A stretch of DNA of 64,000 nt from Eledone cirrhosa (GCA_964016885.1 OZ024758.1:12648001-12712000); one strand, 5' to 3'. Positions 1-15,257 are shown, numbered from the stretch's first letter. Translations and numbers: made by a program. Notes: generated from the sequence alone by a model not told the origin.

Positions 1-4
1 CCTC

Positions 5-600
<596 letters not shown>

Positions 601-1956
601 GAGTATTCTGATGTTATAGAAATGGTTAGTTTGGTCTCCTCTAAACTTCTTTAAAATATTAAAATGTACAACAAGGAAAACTACTCCAAAAATATCAACT
701 AATAACATTAAATTCATTCTGCATAGATTTTATTTTGAAAAGATTGCGGTTAGTTGATTTTACTGGAGTTATCTCCCATGGTATATTTTTTTAATTTCTT
801 AGTTTTTAAACATCCGCACAGGAAGCCTTTATCCAGACATTTAAATCGATGAAGTTTTTTTTCCTTCATTCTCAATATGAAGTTTTGTTTTAATTTCACT
901 ATATTACATATCTCAGTTAATGGAAGTTGTTTTGTTTTTATTCTCAATATATTACATATGTGAAACTCTAACATATGTGTATGTTATATACAGAAGGCCG
1001 CCCTTAGGTATTTTTCTTCAGTCATATTGTTTACTACACGGTATAGGACGTTGACTCATTATAACCACAGTCCAACCAGCGAGTAAAATCAAAGAGAGAT
1101 TATAAAAGAATATATTCACACTTACATGTATGTAAGCCTATACTAGTGTATACATACACACGCACACACACAAACATATATATATATCCTCTTTCTTCGC
1201 CAACTTATTCCTGGGATGGTCGTGGAGACAGAGTCCGGAAACACCCCTTCCAGCGGGTATATATATATATATGTGTTCTTTGTGTTTATTTCATTGTTTT
1301 TATTAATTTATATATATATATATATATATATACCCACGTGTATGCGCGTGTATGTGTCGTTGTTTGCCATTTCCCAGCATATTTGCAGAGGCAGTGCTGA
1401 CAGACATACATGCTGAGAGGCTGTGAGTCTGTGAGGCTGAGAGGCTGAGAGGCTGAGAGGCCGAGCAAAGAGAGAAAGCAGTCAGAGAAATTAGGGGAAA
1501 AAAAAAAGTTGTTCTCTCACTGCTAGGCCGGCAGCCTGCTTAAGACTGACGGGTGTTGTTCTAATCTAACGTTGACCGTGTAAGTAACTGTCCATTTACA
1601 CCCCTATATAAGTGATCACCTTCATTTAACAATGGCCCTTTCTATTGTTTTTAAAACGCTAGGGTGTGATTTTTTCACTTATCACACAAATGAGACATTT
1701 TGCTTTTAGTGAAATATAGGTTCGTTGTTTTACATCTGTTCATACATATGGTAGTTCCTCGTTTCACCGATTTTTTTTTTTTAAATTTACCTTACTACAT
1801 CATACACGGTACTCTCGGGTCACGAGTAATCAGCCCACCCCATGTTTATTAACTTTTTGAATAACTACAGCAGCAACAACAACAACAATTACACCAGAGT
1901 AATTTATTGCTTTCGTTATCATCGCCGCCGTCGACGTCATCACCATCATCACCTGT

Positions 1957-1987
<31 letters not shown>

Positions 1988-2113
1988 CTAGCATCAACAC
2001 AACTACAGCCCCCCCCCACACACATACACCTCCGCCGCCGACACCCTATCTATATCTATCTACTGACCTAGCAAATAAAGAAATCTATCTATCTATTTAT
2101 TTATTCTTTTAAT

Positions 2114-2217
<104 letters not shown>

Positions 2218-2226
2218 CATACATAT

Positions 2227-2337
<111 letters not shown>

Positions 2338-2360
2338 CATATATATATACATATATATAC

Positions 2361-2401
<41 letters not shown>

Positions 2402-2420
2402 GATATGTATATATATATAT

Positions 2421-2453
<33 letters not shown>

Positions 2454-2509
2454 TATGTACAATGTATATATATCGTACATATATATATATATATATATAT
2501 ATAGTGCAG

Positions 2510-2552
<43 letters not shown>

Positions 2553-2558
2553 CATACA

Positions 2559-2592
<34 letters not shown>

Positions 2593-2598
2593 CATACA

Positions 2599-2634
<36 letters not shown>

Positions 2635-2654
2635 TATATATACATACATACATA

Positions 2655-2690
<36 letters not shown>

Positions 2691-2700
2691 TATATATACA

Positions 2701-2736
<36 letters not shown>

Positions 2737-2750
2737 CATACATACATACA

Positions 2751-2797
<47 letters not shown>

Positions 2798-3545
2798 GTA
2801 CAATAATCTACAGCTTAGTGTTTCGTCATTTCATCATATTAGCTGTTTATTCACCATGAGATTCAAATAGGATTATTGACATGGAGATGAGACTTTGGTC
2901 AACACAACACAATAAAAATATTGCTTTCCAGATCCCTATATCTTCGTTTGTCTTGCAATCTCTTGCGGCAAACTTCGTTCGAGAATCATATTCTTCTCAT
3001 ATCTTTCTTCATTGCCTTTGTCTCTTTCTTCTCCTTCTTCTCTTCTTTAATCCTTCCCTGTTGTAAAAGGAAATCTGCCCGGCAATGCTATCCCCCTCGG
3101 GACATCCATCATGGGAAAGCGATGAGTACCCTCTTGTTGTTATTTTTCCTAGTTACTCCATCAAATAGAGTTTTAGAATACAACCTCCACCACCATTCCA
3201 CCACCCGCCGCCATACCCCCTACACCAGCCTCCACCCCCACCCCACCCCTTCTACCAGCCTCCACGCTCCACCATATTCCGCCATCCACCAGCACCACCA
3301 CCACCCTCCACCCACCATCCTCTACCACCCTCTCCACTATCTCCTCGTCATCGCATCTTCTCCTGTATTATCTCCATCACTTCCAGCCCCTTCTTCCCCC
3401 CCCCCCGTCTCCCCCTCTCTCCATATCTCTCTAACACCTGTCTCTCTTTCTCCTTCTCTCGTTCTCTTTCGGACACACGCATATCAATGATATGTGATAT
3501 ATATATATATATGTGTGTGTATATATATATATATATATGTATACA

Positions 3546-3578
<33 letters not shown>

Positions 3579-3579
3579 T

Positions 3580-3708
<129 letters not shown>

Positions 3709-3727
3709 TATATATATATACACACAC

Positions 3728-3758
<31 letters not shown>

Positions 3759-3769
3759 TATATATATAT

Positions 3770-3906
<137 letters not shown>

Positions 3907-4299
3907 CATATATATATATCCATCATAAAATTGTACGGCCGTGTTTTTAAAATCCCTCAGAGACGTCTGTAGTGCATCTATGTTATAAAATATACGTATT
4001 TCCTTTTACCATTCTACATCTTCCATGGTTTACAGTTCCCTGACCATTCTGTTATATAATGTGGCCTTCATCTTAGCAACATTCTGTGACACTCTCAGCA
4101 CCGACATATTACCAATTCCTTTGCCAATATCTTATATGTGTCTTAATGAAATCTCTTAGATTGGAAAATCATGCTAGATCATGCGATGTATGGTTGAGCG
4201 CTTGTATAGGATGTAAATGATCTGGTCAATATCCCCTCCGCCCATTTGTCTGTCTGTATGTCTGTCTATTTATCCACCCAACCAACCAGCCAACTGTCC

Positions 4300-4357
<58 letters not shown>

Positions 4358-4430
4358 ACTCGCATTTATGTAAACTCCCCCCTGTGTATTTGTCCCTTTC
4401 TCTTGTGCCCTAGTGGCAAATAAAGAAATA

Positions 4431-4509
<79 letters not shown>

Positions 4510-4977
4510 TTTCAAATACCACCTTGGAAGAAGAATCAGGATGGAGAGAGAGGTGCTGTACTCCAGCAAGTTTTATGAAAGGTGGGTGAAAGTGGTGAGA
4601 ATGGCCCGAGTGAATGGGCCTTCTCTCTATATCAGCCTGTATCTTGAGGAAGAGAGGAAGGGGGTACAAACTCTTCGTACTCCTGGATATGAGGGTTGCA
4701 CATTTTTTCGGGGGTATATGTTACCCATATATAATGTCTCCCCCTATTGGGGAAAATCGATTAATTTTTTAAATTGCATTTGTGATAATATTTTACACGT
4801 TTTTATTGTATGTAAACTTCACCCTTTTTATTTGTCCCCTTCTTTTGTGCCCCTGTGGCTAATAAAGAAACATATCTATCTATCTACCTATCAATCGTAT
4901 GTAAAATCCCCCTCATATGTCTTTGTATTGTCCCCTTTTCTTGTGCGCCCTTGTAGCAAATAAAGAAATCTATCTAT

Positions 4978-5009
<32 letters not shown>

Positions 5010-5086
5010 TTTTTTACACGCATGTATGTAAACTCCCCACTCTGTATTTGTCCCCATCCTTTTGTGCCCTTGTGGCAAATAAAGAA

Positions 5087-5120
<34 letters not shown>

Positions 5121-5205
5121 TTTTTTAGACGCATGTATGTAAACTCCCCACTCTGTACTTGTCCCCATCCTTTTGCGCCCTTGTGGCAAATAAAGAAACA
5201 TATCT
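4358..5205 (+). mobile_element. Cluster of five 3'-end fragments of an L1/Tx1-type LINE, each followed by (TATC)n
   Basis: Repeated tail tgtaaactcccc...ttgtgccc(c/t)tgtggc(t/a)aataaagaaa+tatct at ~4358-4432, 4510-4875, 4896-4972, 5015-5090 and 5128-5205. The longest copy encodes FKYHLGRRIRMEREVLYSSKFYERWVKVVRMARVNG, homologous to 31148-31755. Confidence 0.75.
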
Positions 5206-5226
5206 ATCTCTCTGTCTGTCTAGCTA

Positions 5227-5275
<49 letters not shown>

Positions 5276-5522
5276 TTATCTGTCTATTTATCTGTCTATT
5301 TATCTGTCTATTTACCTGTCTATTTATCTGTCTATTTATCTGTCTATCCTACCAACCAACGAACCAACATTACAGACTTCTGTCATAAACTTCCACTAAA
5401 CTGTCCACCAATATTTTATTCTTGGTTCTTTCCAAACAATTTGGCAGCAGAAATATTAGTTTTATTGTCCTTCATTTCATAATTAATATCAACAACAACA
5501 TAGAGAAGAAAAATAAAGTTTC

Positions 5523-5568
<46 letters not shown>

Positions 5569-5615
5569 ATATATATATATACATATGTATATATATATAT
5601 ATATGTATATATATG

Positions 5616-5703
<88 letters not shown>

Positions 5704-5720
5704 TATTTACATATATATAT

Positions 5721-5810
5721 ATAACGAAGGAAATGTGGTAAGGAAACAGATGGACCATAACGCACCAAAGTACTCAATACTTAGGGTAGTAGAGTGGGTA
5801 ATAGGAACGA
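5721..5810 (-). mobile_element. Truncated copy of TA-nested family C element
   Basis: ataacgaaggaaatgtggtaaggaaacagatggaccataacgcaccaaagtactcaatacttagggtagtagagtgggtaataggaacga, nearly identical to copies at 55254, 56566 and 57227; (TA)n on both sides. Confidence 0.8.
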
Positions 5811-5825
5811 TATATATATATGTAA

Positions 5826-5876
<51 letters not shown>

Positions 5877-6818
5877 GATGGGGATTAATCAAATGAGACA
5901 ATCTTCTCGATTTCCAGACCAAAACATCCTTTATGGGTGTTCGGATAATACAGAGCTGGCACAGGAAATAATTCCTAAAACCTGAACTTATCCAACACTT
6001 TTGGAACAATGTAAAACAATGCAGAGTGAGTAGACTTAGTCTCTAAGCCATCTTGCTGAACGCAGAGGAAATATTCCGACCTTATTAGTTCTCCTCGGCG
6101 AAGGCTACTCAATTAGTAATTTGACTGGACTAGAACTGCCAAATATTGAGAAATTTGGAAGATATCAGGTTAACTTGATATCTCCATATCTACAACAACC
6201 AATGTGTCATGGATTCGTTCTCCCTTTTATCCCCCCCCCACCGCACCCTTCTCACCCACACCAGTCTTTGAATCTTTGAAGTCTTTCAGAAAATCATTGG
6301 TGGTGTCCTTCCTCGTTTAATTAAACCATGTTTATTCATCTATTTATTTATTTAATCAATTTAAACGTCCGCATAGAGCTAGTAAGCCATGACAGACTAG
6401 GAGAAGTAGCTGGTACTTTTTACAGATGAGAAACAAAACAACAAAAACACAAAATATACAGAGATAAATGAATATAAAAATTAAAATTAAATTAAAAATT
6501 TATAAATAAAGTAAAATAAAAATAAACTCCATATCTTCTAATTTTGTAAAAAATTAAAAAAAATTGTGTTAATTAAAAAAAATTGCGTTAATTAATCACA
6601 TTATATGACTGAGAGTAATTAAATTGACCATGGAGGGATGAAAGACAATTTTGATTCCTTCTGGGGTTTTCATTGAAGAGTTTCAAGGGACGTAACTGGA
6701 ATTCTATAATACGTCATTTTATCTAGCGCTCTGTTCTCTCTGTTATGTCCTAGCTTCTTCTTCTTCTTCTTCTTGTCCCAGCATCACAAATATTCCTCCT
6801 CCACTACTACTACTCCTC

Positions 6819-6943
<125 letters not shown>

Positions 6944-7016
6944 ATAATAATCTATCATGTTTTCTTATTTTTCTCTTATATTTTTGTTGTTGAACAAGAG
7001 TATATATATATTTGAT

Positions 7017-7047
<31 letters not shown>

Positions 7048-7312
7048 ATATATACTGTCTGTACACATACACGTGTATATGTAGGCGCACATGTCCATAT
7101 ATACACAAATGTGTATGTATACGTGCATATGTGTCTGTGGAGGTGTGGAGGTGTGGAGGTGTAGAGGTGTAGAGGTGTAGGGGGGTGTTATATATTCAAT
7201 CAATCGGTAAAATGTTTAATCCCATGAATTTGAAGCTCTTAACAGCCTTTTCAATATTTTGTAACTAAACCGACAGAAGAACTAGCTCGCCATGTCTTCA
7301 GCTTTCATGTTA

Positions 7313-7945
7313 TAGTCATCAGCAAATTCTAGTGTTGTTGTTGTTGTTGTTGTAGTCATCAGCAAATTCTAGTGTTGTTGTTGTTGTTGTTGTTGTTGTT
7401 GTAGTCATCAGCAAATTCTAGTGTTGTTGTTGTTGTTGTTGTTGTTGTAGTCATCAGCAAATTCTAGTGTTGTTGTTGTTGTTGTTGTTGTTGTAGTCAT
7501 CAGCAAATTCTAGTGTTGTTGTTGTTGTTGTTGTTGTTGTAGTCATCAGCAAATTCTAGTGTTGTTGTTGTTGTTGTTGTTGTTGTTGTAGTCATCAGCA
7601 AATTCTAGTGTTGTTGTTGTTGTTGTTGTTGTTGTTGTAGTCATCAGCAAATTCTAGTGTTGTTGTTGTTGTTGTTGTTGTTGTAGTCATCAGCAAATTC
7701 TAGTGTTGTTGTTGTTGTTGTTGTTGTTGTTGTAGTCATCAGCAAATTCTAGTGTTGTTGTTGTTGTTGTTGTTGTTGTAGTCATCAGCAAATTCTAGTG
7801 TTGTTGTTGTTGTTGTTGTTGTTGTAGTCATCACCAAATTCTAGTGTTGTTGTTGTTGTTGTTGTTGTAGTCATCAGCAAATTCTAGTCTTGTTGTTGTT
7901 GTTGTTCTTGTTGTTGTTGTTGTTAGAGTCATCAGCAAATTCTAC

Positions 7946-7979
<34 letters not shown>

Positions 7980-8002
7980 ATAGTCATCAGCAAATTCTAG
8001 TG
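7313..8002. repeat. Tandem array of ~15 units of tagtcatcagcaaattctagt separated by variable-length (GTT)n
   Basis: Units counted by eye; degenerate units continue to ~8280. Confidence 0.95.
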
Positions 8003-8328
8003 TTGTTCTTGTTGTTCTTGTTGCTGTTGTTATTGTTGTTGTTGTTGTTGTTGTTGTTGTAATCATCATCAGCTTCTATTGTTATTGCTGCTGTTGTTAT
8101 TGTTGTTGTTATTGTTGCTGTTGTTATTGTTGTTGTTGTTGTTGTTGTTGTACTCATCATCAGCTTCTATTGTTATTGCTGCTGTTGTTATTGTTGTTGT
8201 TATTGTTGTTGTTGTTGTTTTTGTTGCTGTTGTTGTTGTTTCCATTATAGTCATCAACTTCACTTGTTCTAGCTGTTGTTGTTATATATATATATTTGTG
8301 TATCTATCTATCTATCTATCTATCTATC

Positions 8329-8422
8329 TGTGATAACATTTTACACGTTTTTATTGTATGTAAACTTCCCCCTTTGTATTTGTCCCCTTCTTTTGTGCCC
8401 CTGTGGCTAATAAAGAAATATA
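8329..8422 (+). mobile_element. L1/Tx1-type LINE 3' UTR fragment within (TATC)n
   Basis: tgtgataacattttacacg...cccctgtggctaataaagaaat matches 4781-4870; (TATC)n on both flanks. Confidence 0.75.
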
Positions 8423-8563
8423 TCTATCTATCTATCTATCTATCCATCTATTGATATATCTATCAAGACATCCATTCACCTATCCATCCATGACCATCTA
8501 TTCAGACAGCCAGAAATCCCCTCTCCACGCATATTAGTCGTGTAGGTATACAACTATTATATA

Positions 8564-8629
<66 letters not shown>

Positions 8630-8660
8630 CACACACATATAGATAGTATATATATAGTCA

Positions 8661-8874
<214 letters not shown>

Positions 8875-8875
8875 G

Positions 8876-8931
<56 letters not shown>

Positions 8932-9052
8932 GCACATATATATATATATATTTAAAGCGATGAAATACCAATGAAGGTTGGAAAATCACTGATAAAGGAC
9001 TATTTTTATCATATGTAACCCATGTGCAACCACGCAGTATTCTTTCTTCTCA

Positions 9053-9107
<55 letters not shown>

Positions 9108-9200
9108 CTATATATATATATATCCGGGAGCTTCCAACAGAAATGGTCGCATTCTTTAAGGGTATGTCAATATTTATTTATAAATCTGCTCTATATTATA

Positions 9201-9261
9201 TTTTATCTGATGAAAGCACACCATAATTTAACTTGGTGTCCTTGAAATATGTATAATGAAA
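9201..9261 (+). ncRNA. Type I hammerhead ribozyme motif (family F element, ~9165-9305)
   Basis: ttttat-CTGATGA-aagcacacca/taatttaact/tggtgtcctt-GAAA-tatgtATA-atgaaa; helix I ttttat/atgaaa, 10-bp helix II with one mismatch. Confidence 0.8.
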
Positions 9262-9304
9262 TAAATATGGTTTTATAAGTATAGTTTCCATTTGTTAATA
9301 TATC

Positions 9305-9371
<67 letters not shown>

Positions 9372-9397
9372 ATAAAATTTGCTCCGGACATAACACC

Positions 9398-9488
9398 CGT
9401 GTCTGAAAGAACCCGCAGAAGTAGAATCAGCCAGATCCATACAAGGACAATGACTCGAGCTACATGCCGGCGAAACACTTGTAACACG
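9398..9488 (+). ncRNA. Hammerhead-like motif with extended helix II and one extra A in the core
   Basis: cgtgt-CTGAAAGA-acccgca...tgccggc-GAAA-cactt-GTA-acacg; perfect 5-bp helix I cgtgt/acacg. Confidence 0.5.
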
Positions 9489-9570
9489 AAATAAACTAAG
9501 TCCAGATGAATCACTGATTTTTCGTTTTATTGATAATATATATATATATACACACACACATATATATATA

Positions 9571-9677
<107 letters not shown>

Positions 9678-10289
9678 GTGTGTGTGTGTGTGTGTGCGTG
9701 TGTGTGTGTGTGTTTAACGCAGGCAAGCAGATTCTTCATCATTCACATCTCTGAGAGTCTTATCCGCCGACGACATGTTGACATTAACTGTAAATCAAAC
9801 ATCATGAAAATCTGTCGTTCTGTAACAACGGTATTTTTCTGAACGAGGAAAGAAATAAGTGGCATGTATTTTAGTATTAGATATTAAATTGAAATCTTCT
9901 GACAAGTTAGTTAAAAAAAATAGCTAGCAGTAAACTGTACTGTGTCAATGAAGAGTTGAAGACACATAAAAAATATGATAATATCTGAAGGAAAAGAAAG
10001 AAAGAAAGAAAATGCTGACAGACAGACGAAAAGAAAGTAAAGAAAATTAAAGAAAATCTTCAATAAAGATGAGAAATCATGGGAAGAATTAAGATGAAAG
10101 AAAAAAAATGAAGGTGATGCAGGTGTGGTGGTAAAATAAAGGCTATAAAAACTTTGAAGAGAAAAATTGTAATATTTATGTCTGTCTGTCTCTCTTTCTA
10201 ACTTTCTCTCTTTCTAACACTCTCTCTTCTTTCTCTCATTCTTTCCCTTCCTCTCTCTAAATTTCTCTCTCTCTCTCCTCACTCATTCT

Positions 10290-10354
<65 letters not shown>

Positions 10355-10420
10355 TGTATGTATGTATATACCTGTATATATATATATATATTGGATTTTA
10401 GTCTTCAAATTTATTATTAT

Positions 10421-10460
<40 letters not shown>

Positions 10461-10480
10461 ATATATATATATATATATAC

Positions 10481-10511
<31 letters not shown>

Positions 10512-10596
10512 GTATCTTTGATACAGACTGATTACAAAATGATACAGTTTGATGGAGATATATATTAGTTTAACGCTTGATATAGTAGGAAAAAAA

Positions 10597-10632
10597 TCTC
10601 AACGTTTCGGAAGTTTTTCTTTCGTCAGAAGA
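10597..10632 (-). ncRNA. Minimal hammerhead ribozyme motif (family E)
   Basis: Minus strand tctt-CTGACGA-a-agaa-aaac-ttcc-GAAA-cgtt-gaga; downstream ttcctactatatcaagc shared with 23191 and 36730 copies. Confidence 0.65.
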
Positions 10633-11026
10633 TAGAATGAAAAATAAAAGAAGAAATAAAAAGGTGAAGCAGAGTGGGAAGAGGAAGAAACGGAAGAGAG
10701 TTGTTTTGATTTGGAGAAAAAACACGTGTGTTTAGTTAGCCATTTTGGAATGGAAGAGAAATGGAGAAAGAGAGGGAAAGAAGAGTGTGAGAGGGGAAAA
10801 AGAGAGTGATGAAGGGCGAAGAAGAGAGTGAGAGGGGGAAAGAAGAGAGTGAGAGGGGAGAAGAAAGTGAGAGGGTGTTGTTACTGAAGAAGAGGGAGAA
10901 AGCGATAGAATGTGTTGACAGAAAGAGAAAGGTATAAGGTAACTAGAGAGAGAGAGAGAGAGCGAGAGAGAGAGGCACACACCTGAGCTGTAGATATATA
11001 CAGAGAGGAGAGAGAGAGGTAGAGAA

Positions 11027-11091
<65 letters not shown>

Positions 11092-11224
11092 AAGAGGGAA
11101 GGAAAGATAGAGGGAGCAATGAAGTTAAAAACTGTTCTCGTCGCAGCTGTCATATTTTAAAAAGAAGAATGTGTTCTAAGTTGTAATCAAACCCCTCCCC
11201 CGCCCCCACACACAAACACACACA

Positions 11225-11295
<71 letters not shown>

Positions 11296-11668
11296 ACACA
11301 CACACACATATATATATTGTTATAGTAGTGTGTTGTGGCTTGTGTAATTGGTGTTGTCAGTTGCACTTAATTGGTTGGCCGGTTCTTCATCTTCTCCAGC
11401 CCCCCCTCTCTCTCTCCTCCTCACCCTCCCCCTCTTCCCTCCATCTCCTCTCCCTCCGCCTCTCCCTCGTCCCTCCTACCTAACATCAACACACACCCAT
11501 AACCTTCATCCAGAAGCTTCTCAATCAAGATTCCTTAACTCACATTTTGTCTTCTGGCGAAGATTAACTTAAAACGTTCGCCTCGCTTCGTTGAAGCAGA
11601 ACTTTTGAACGGTTGATCTTAGTTACCTTAGCCGCCATGACACCCACATACGACCACTGATACTGGCA

Positions 11669-11783
<115 letters not shown>

Positions 11784-11841
11784 ACTACGGATATTACCTT
11801 CCAGTGTTCCACCATTATATATATATATATATGTATGTATA

Positions 11842-11879
<38 letters not shown>

Positions 11880-11943
11880 TATATAAATATATATATAAAT
11901 ATATATAAATATATATATATATATATTATATATATATATATAA

Positions 11944-12005
<62 letters not shown>

Positions 12006-12139
12006 AGGAGTTGTTTTTAATTTGTTGAAATTTCGACAAACAAACATGTTTATAACTGATATAGAGCACTCAACAAGTAATTGGAGTAAATATTCCAAGA
12101 TAATAACAAATGGAAACTATATTTATAAAACCATATTTA

Positions 12140-12200
12140 TTTTATTATATATATTTCAAGGGCGACCAAGCAAATCTTGGTGCGCTTTCATCAGATAAAA
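12140..12200 (-). ncRNA. Type I hammerhead ribozyme motif (family F)
   Basis: Minus strand ttttat-CTGATGA-aagcgcaccaag/atttg/cttggtcgccctt-GAAA-tatatata-ataaaa. Confidence 0.8.
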
Positions 12201-12279
12201 TACAAAATTTGTTTTATAAATAATGACACACCCATGGAGATCACACCTTAAGGGTCCGAAGATTCGGTGACATCTGTCA

Positions 12280-12362
<83 letters not shown>

Positions 12363-12509
12363 CATCTTTCTACCTATCTATTTTATCTTCATTTCTACGA
12401 ATGATTATATATATATTATATATTTAATTAGAAAGTGAACAACAATTAAAGAGCTCTGTTCTATACATAGAGCACCCTTTTTTCCTTTGCTTTTCCTTCG
12501 GAATTACCT

Positions 12510-12697
12510 GGTGGATTGGCAGTATCGGTAGAGGGTTTGACGCCATGCTTTGCAGCAAAGAGTTACGGCCCTTGCCATTCTGAGTTCAAATCTCGCCGAG
12601 GTTAACTTTGCCTTTCATCCTTACGGGGTCGATAAAATAAAGTACCAGTAATGTACTGGGATAATTGCTGGCCTTGTGCCAAAACTAGAAACAATTA
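12510..12697 (+). mobile_element. tRNA-derived SINE family A
   Basis: A-box-like tggcagtatcgg, B box gagttcaaatc, central gcctttcatccttacggggtcgataaaataaagtaccag, tail ggccttgtgccaaaactagaaacaatta. Confidence 0.9.
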
Positions 12698-12718
12698 TAT
12701 ATATATATATACATACAT

Positions 12719-12782
<64 letters not shown>

Positions 12783-12785
12783 ATG

Positions 12786-12969
12786 TATGACCCCCAACGG
12801 CAGAGCTCAAGCCGTTTCGACGGCTATTTCTAGACTGAAATAGCCGTCCAGAAATAGCCGTCGAAACGGTTTGAGCTCTGCCGTCCTATTACCCACTTTA
12901 CTACCCTAAGTATTGAGTACTCCTGTGCGTTATGGTCCATCTGTTTCCTTACCATAATTCCTTCGTTAT
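12786..12969 (+). mobile_element. Family C TA-nested element with fold-back 5' end
   Basis: Inverted arms acggcagagctcaagccgtttcgacggctatttct / agaaatagccgtcgaaacggtttgagctctgccgt followed by the family C body. Confidence 0.8.
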
Positions 12970-13004
12970 AAATATATATATATACATATATATATATACA
13001 CACA

Positions 13005-13052
<48 letters not shown>

Positions 13053-13373
13053 TATATACATATATATATATACACACACCCTTAGACTTGGTCTTTATAC
13101 TATCTTACAAGTATAAGATCTCTCGTAAACATACTTTCACATAAACATATAGCTACACACTAACTTAGTTACACACATATACACATACACATATACACAC
13201 ATGTACACACACACATATATACACATATACACAGACACACATTCGTATATATATATACACATATTTACCAACACACAAGTATGCTTTCACAGCCACATAA
13301 ACTTTCTCTCTCTCTCTATCTCTCTCTCTATCTATCTCTTTCTCTCCTCTCTATCTCTCTATATCTCTCTCCT

Positions 13374-13416
<43 letters not shown>

Positions 13417-14398
13417 TATCTCACTCTCTCTCTATCTCTCTATCTCTCTATCTCTATCTCTCTATATATCTATCTATCTCTACCCCCCCTCTCTCTCTCC
13501 ATCTATCTATCTCTCTTTCGCTCTCATACACACACACAGATACATACACACATATATTCATACACACATACTTTCACACCACATCTTCACCCCCAGTAAT
13601 ATAAAGTCTCTCTTTTTCGCTTTCTGTTTCTCTCTCTCTCTCTCTCTCTTTCTTTTTCTCTCGCTCTTTCATCCCCCCCCCCCCTCTCTCTCTCTCACAC
13701 ACTCATAATTGCACTGACTCATGCACTCACACACATACACACGTTCAGTTTTACAAACACACACATACATAGACACACATACTCTCACACTCACAAAAAT
13801 AAAAGACTTGTCTAATCCGAATCATTTCCACACATACACACATACCCACATACCCACACACACCTATACACATATACACCTATACCCTTACACACACATA
13901 CCACCACACACACATACCCATACACACACATACCCCCACACGCATACCCAAACACACATACTCATACATACACATACTCATACATACACATACCAATACA
14001 TGCGCACACATACCCATACATACACAAAACCCCCACATACTCCCCCACATTCCCCCCAAACCACCCCTCATCCACCCCACACCCAGATCAATACAACCTT
14101 CAATGAATCAGAAATAGTTACAGTCCCCATCCCATGGCTAATCAGCTTAATTATATCGATATTAAAATTTGTTATGTATTAAATTAATTTCCTTCATATT
14201 CTAGATTTATTAAATTAATTGCCTAAAAAAAAACAAAATAATTTGATGCAGTTAACAGAATGGTAAAACATTGCACTAAATACGGCGGAATATGTCCATA
14301 ACTAATGCAGCGAACTTAGCAGAGTCGGTAGAGCGTCGACTAGAATGGTTTGTGGTGTTAGTTCTAATATGATTGAGTTCAAATATGGTTGACGCCAA

Positions 14399-14580
14399 TG
14401 GCAGTATCGGTAGAGAGTCGGACGCCATGCTTTGACGCATAGAGTTACGGCCCTTGCCATTCTGAGTTCAAATCCCGCCGAGGGTAACTTTGCCTTTCAT
14501 ACTTACGGGGTCGATAAAATAACGTACCAGTAATACACTAGGTATTTGCTGGCCTTGTGCCAAAAGTAGAAACAGTTATT
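14399..14580 (+). mobile_element. SINE family A
   Basis: Same head, central domain and tail as 12510; preceded by an older degenerate tRNA-like head at ~14310-14395. Confidence 0.9.
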
Positions 14581-14807
14581 TTAAGGTTGAGAAAAACAAA
14601 AAATGTATCAGTTTAGTTCAGGATTGGGTTCGATGCTTCATCATCATCTCTCTCTCTCTCTCTCTCGCTCTCTCCCCCTCTCTCTCTCTCTCAGAATCGG
14701 CTATGCTGTTCTGGGAGAGAGGTCGTTAGTAACCAGGCACTGGGCTCCTCTCTCCAGAAATAGAGAAAGATCGAATTGTTAGAGTCCTTATATTAATTCA
14801 ACATACG

Positions 14808-14840
<33 letters not shown>

Positions 14841-14931
14841 ATGTGTGGGCGCATATGCATACATATATATATATATATTTTGAATTAATATGAGGACTCT
14901 GCCAATTCGTATATATATATATATATTCGTA

Positions 14932-14962
<31 letters not shown>

Positions 14963-15187
14963 ATATATATATATATATTTAGGTTTGAGGTTCACCACTG
15001 GATAGAGCTGGTCAATTCCGTATGGTCAATCTTGATGTAATAATATGGAGAGTACTCAACGTAAAGCAGCTCAACCGTCTTCGTTTGTGTAGTTGGTGGT
15101 GCGAGTACGGAGTTAAATATTATAATAAAATGATCATAGTATAATAAACCTTTCAAGGATTTTCACAAGTCCAGCCTCCTGTTATTT

Positions 15188-15225
<38 letters not shown>

Positions 15226-15257
15226 AGATCAAAAGATGGTTAAAGGAGTTCAATATA

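Noticed and set aside
750-974. 74-aa minus ORF as a GIY-YIG or other gene fragment
   Set aside because: No recognisable motif; partly built from a local duplication (ttctcaatat...attacata)
7313-8002. CRISPR array
   Set aside because: Spacers are only (GTT)n, no cas genes, eukaryotic context
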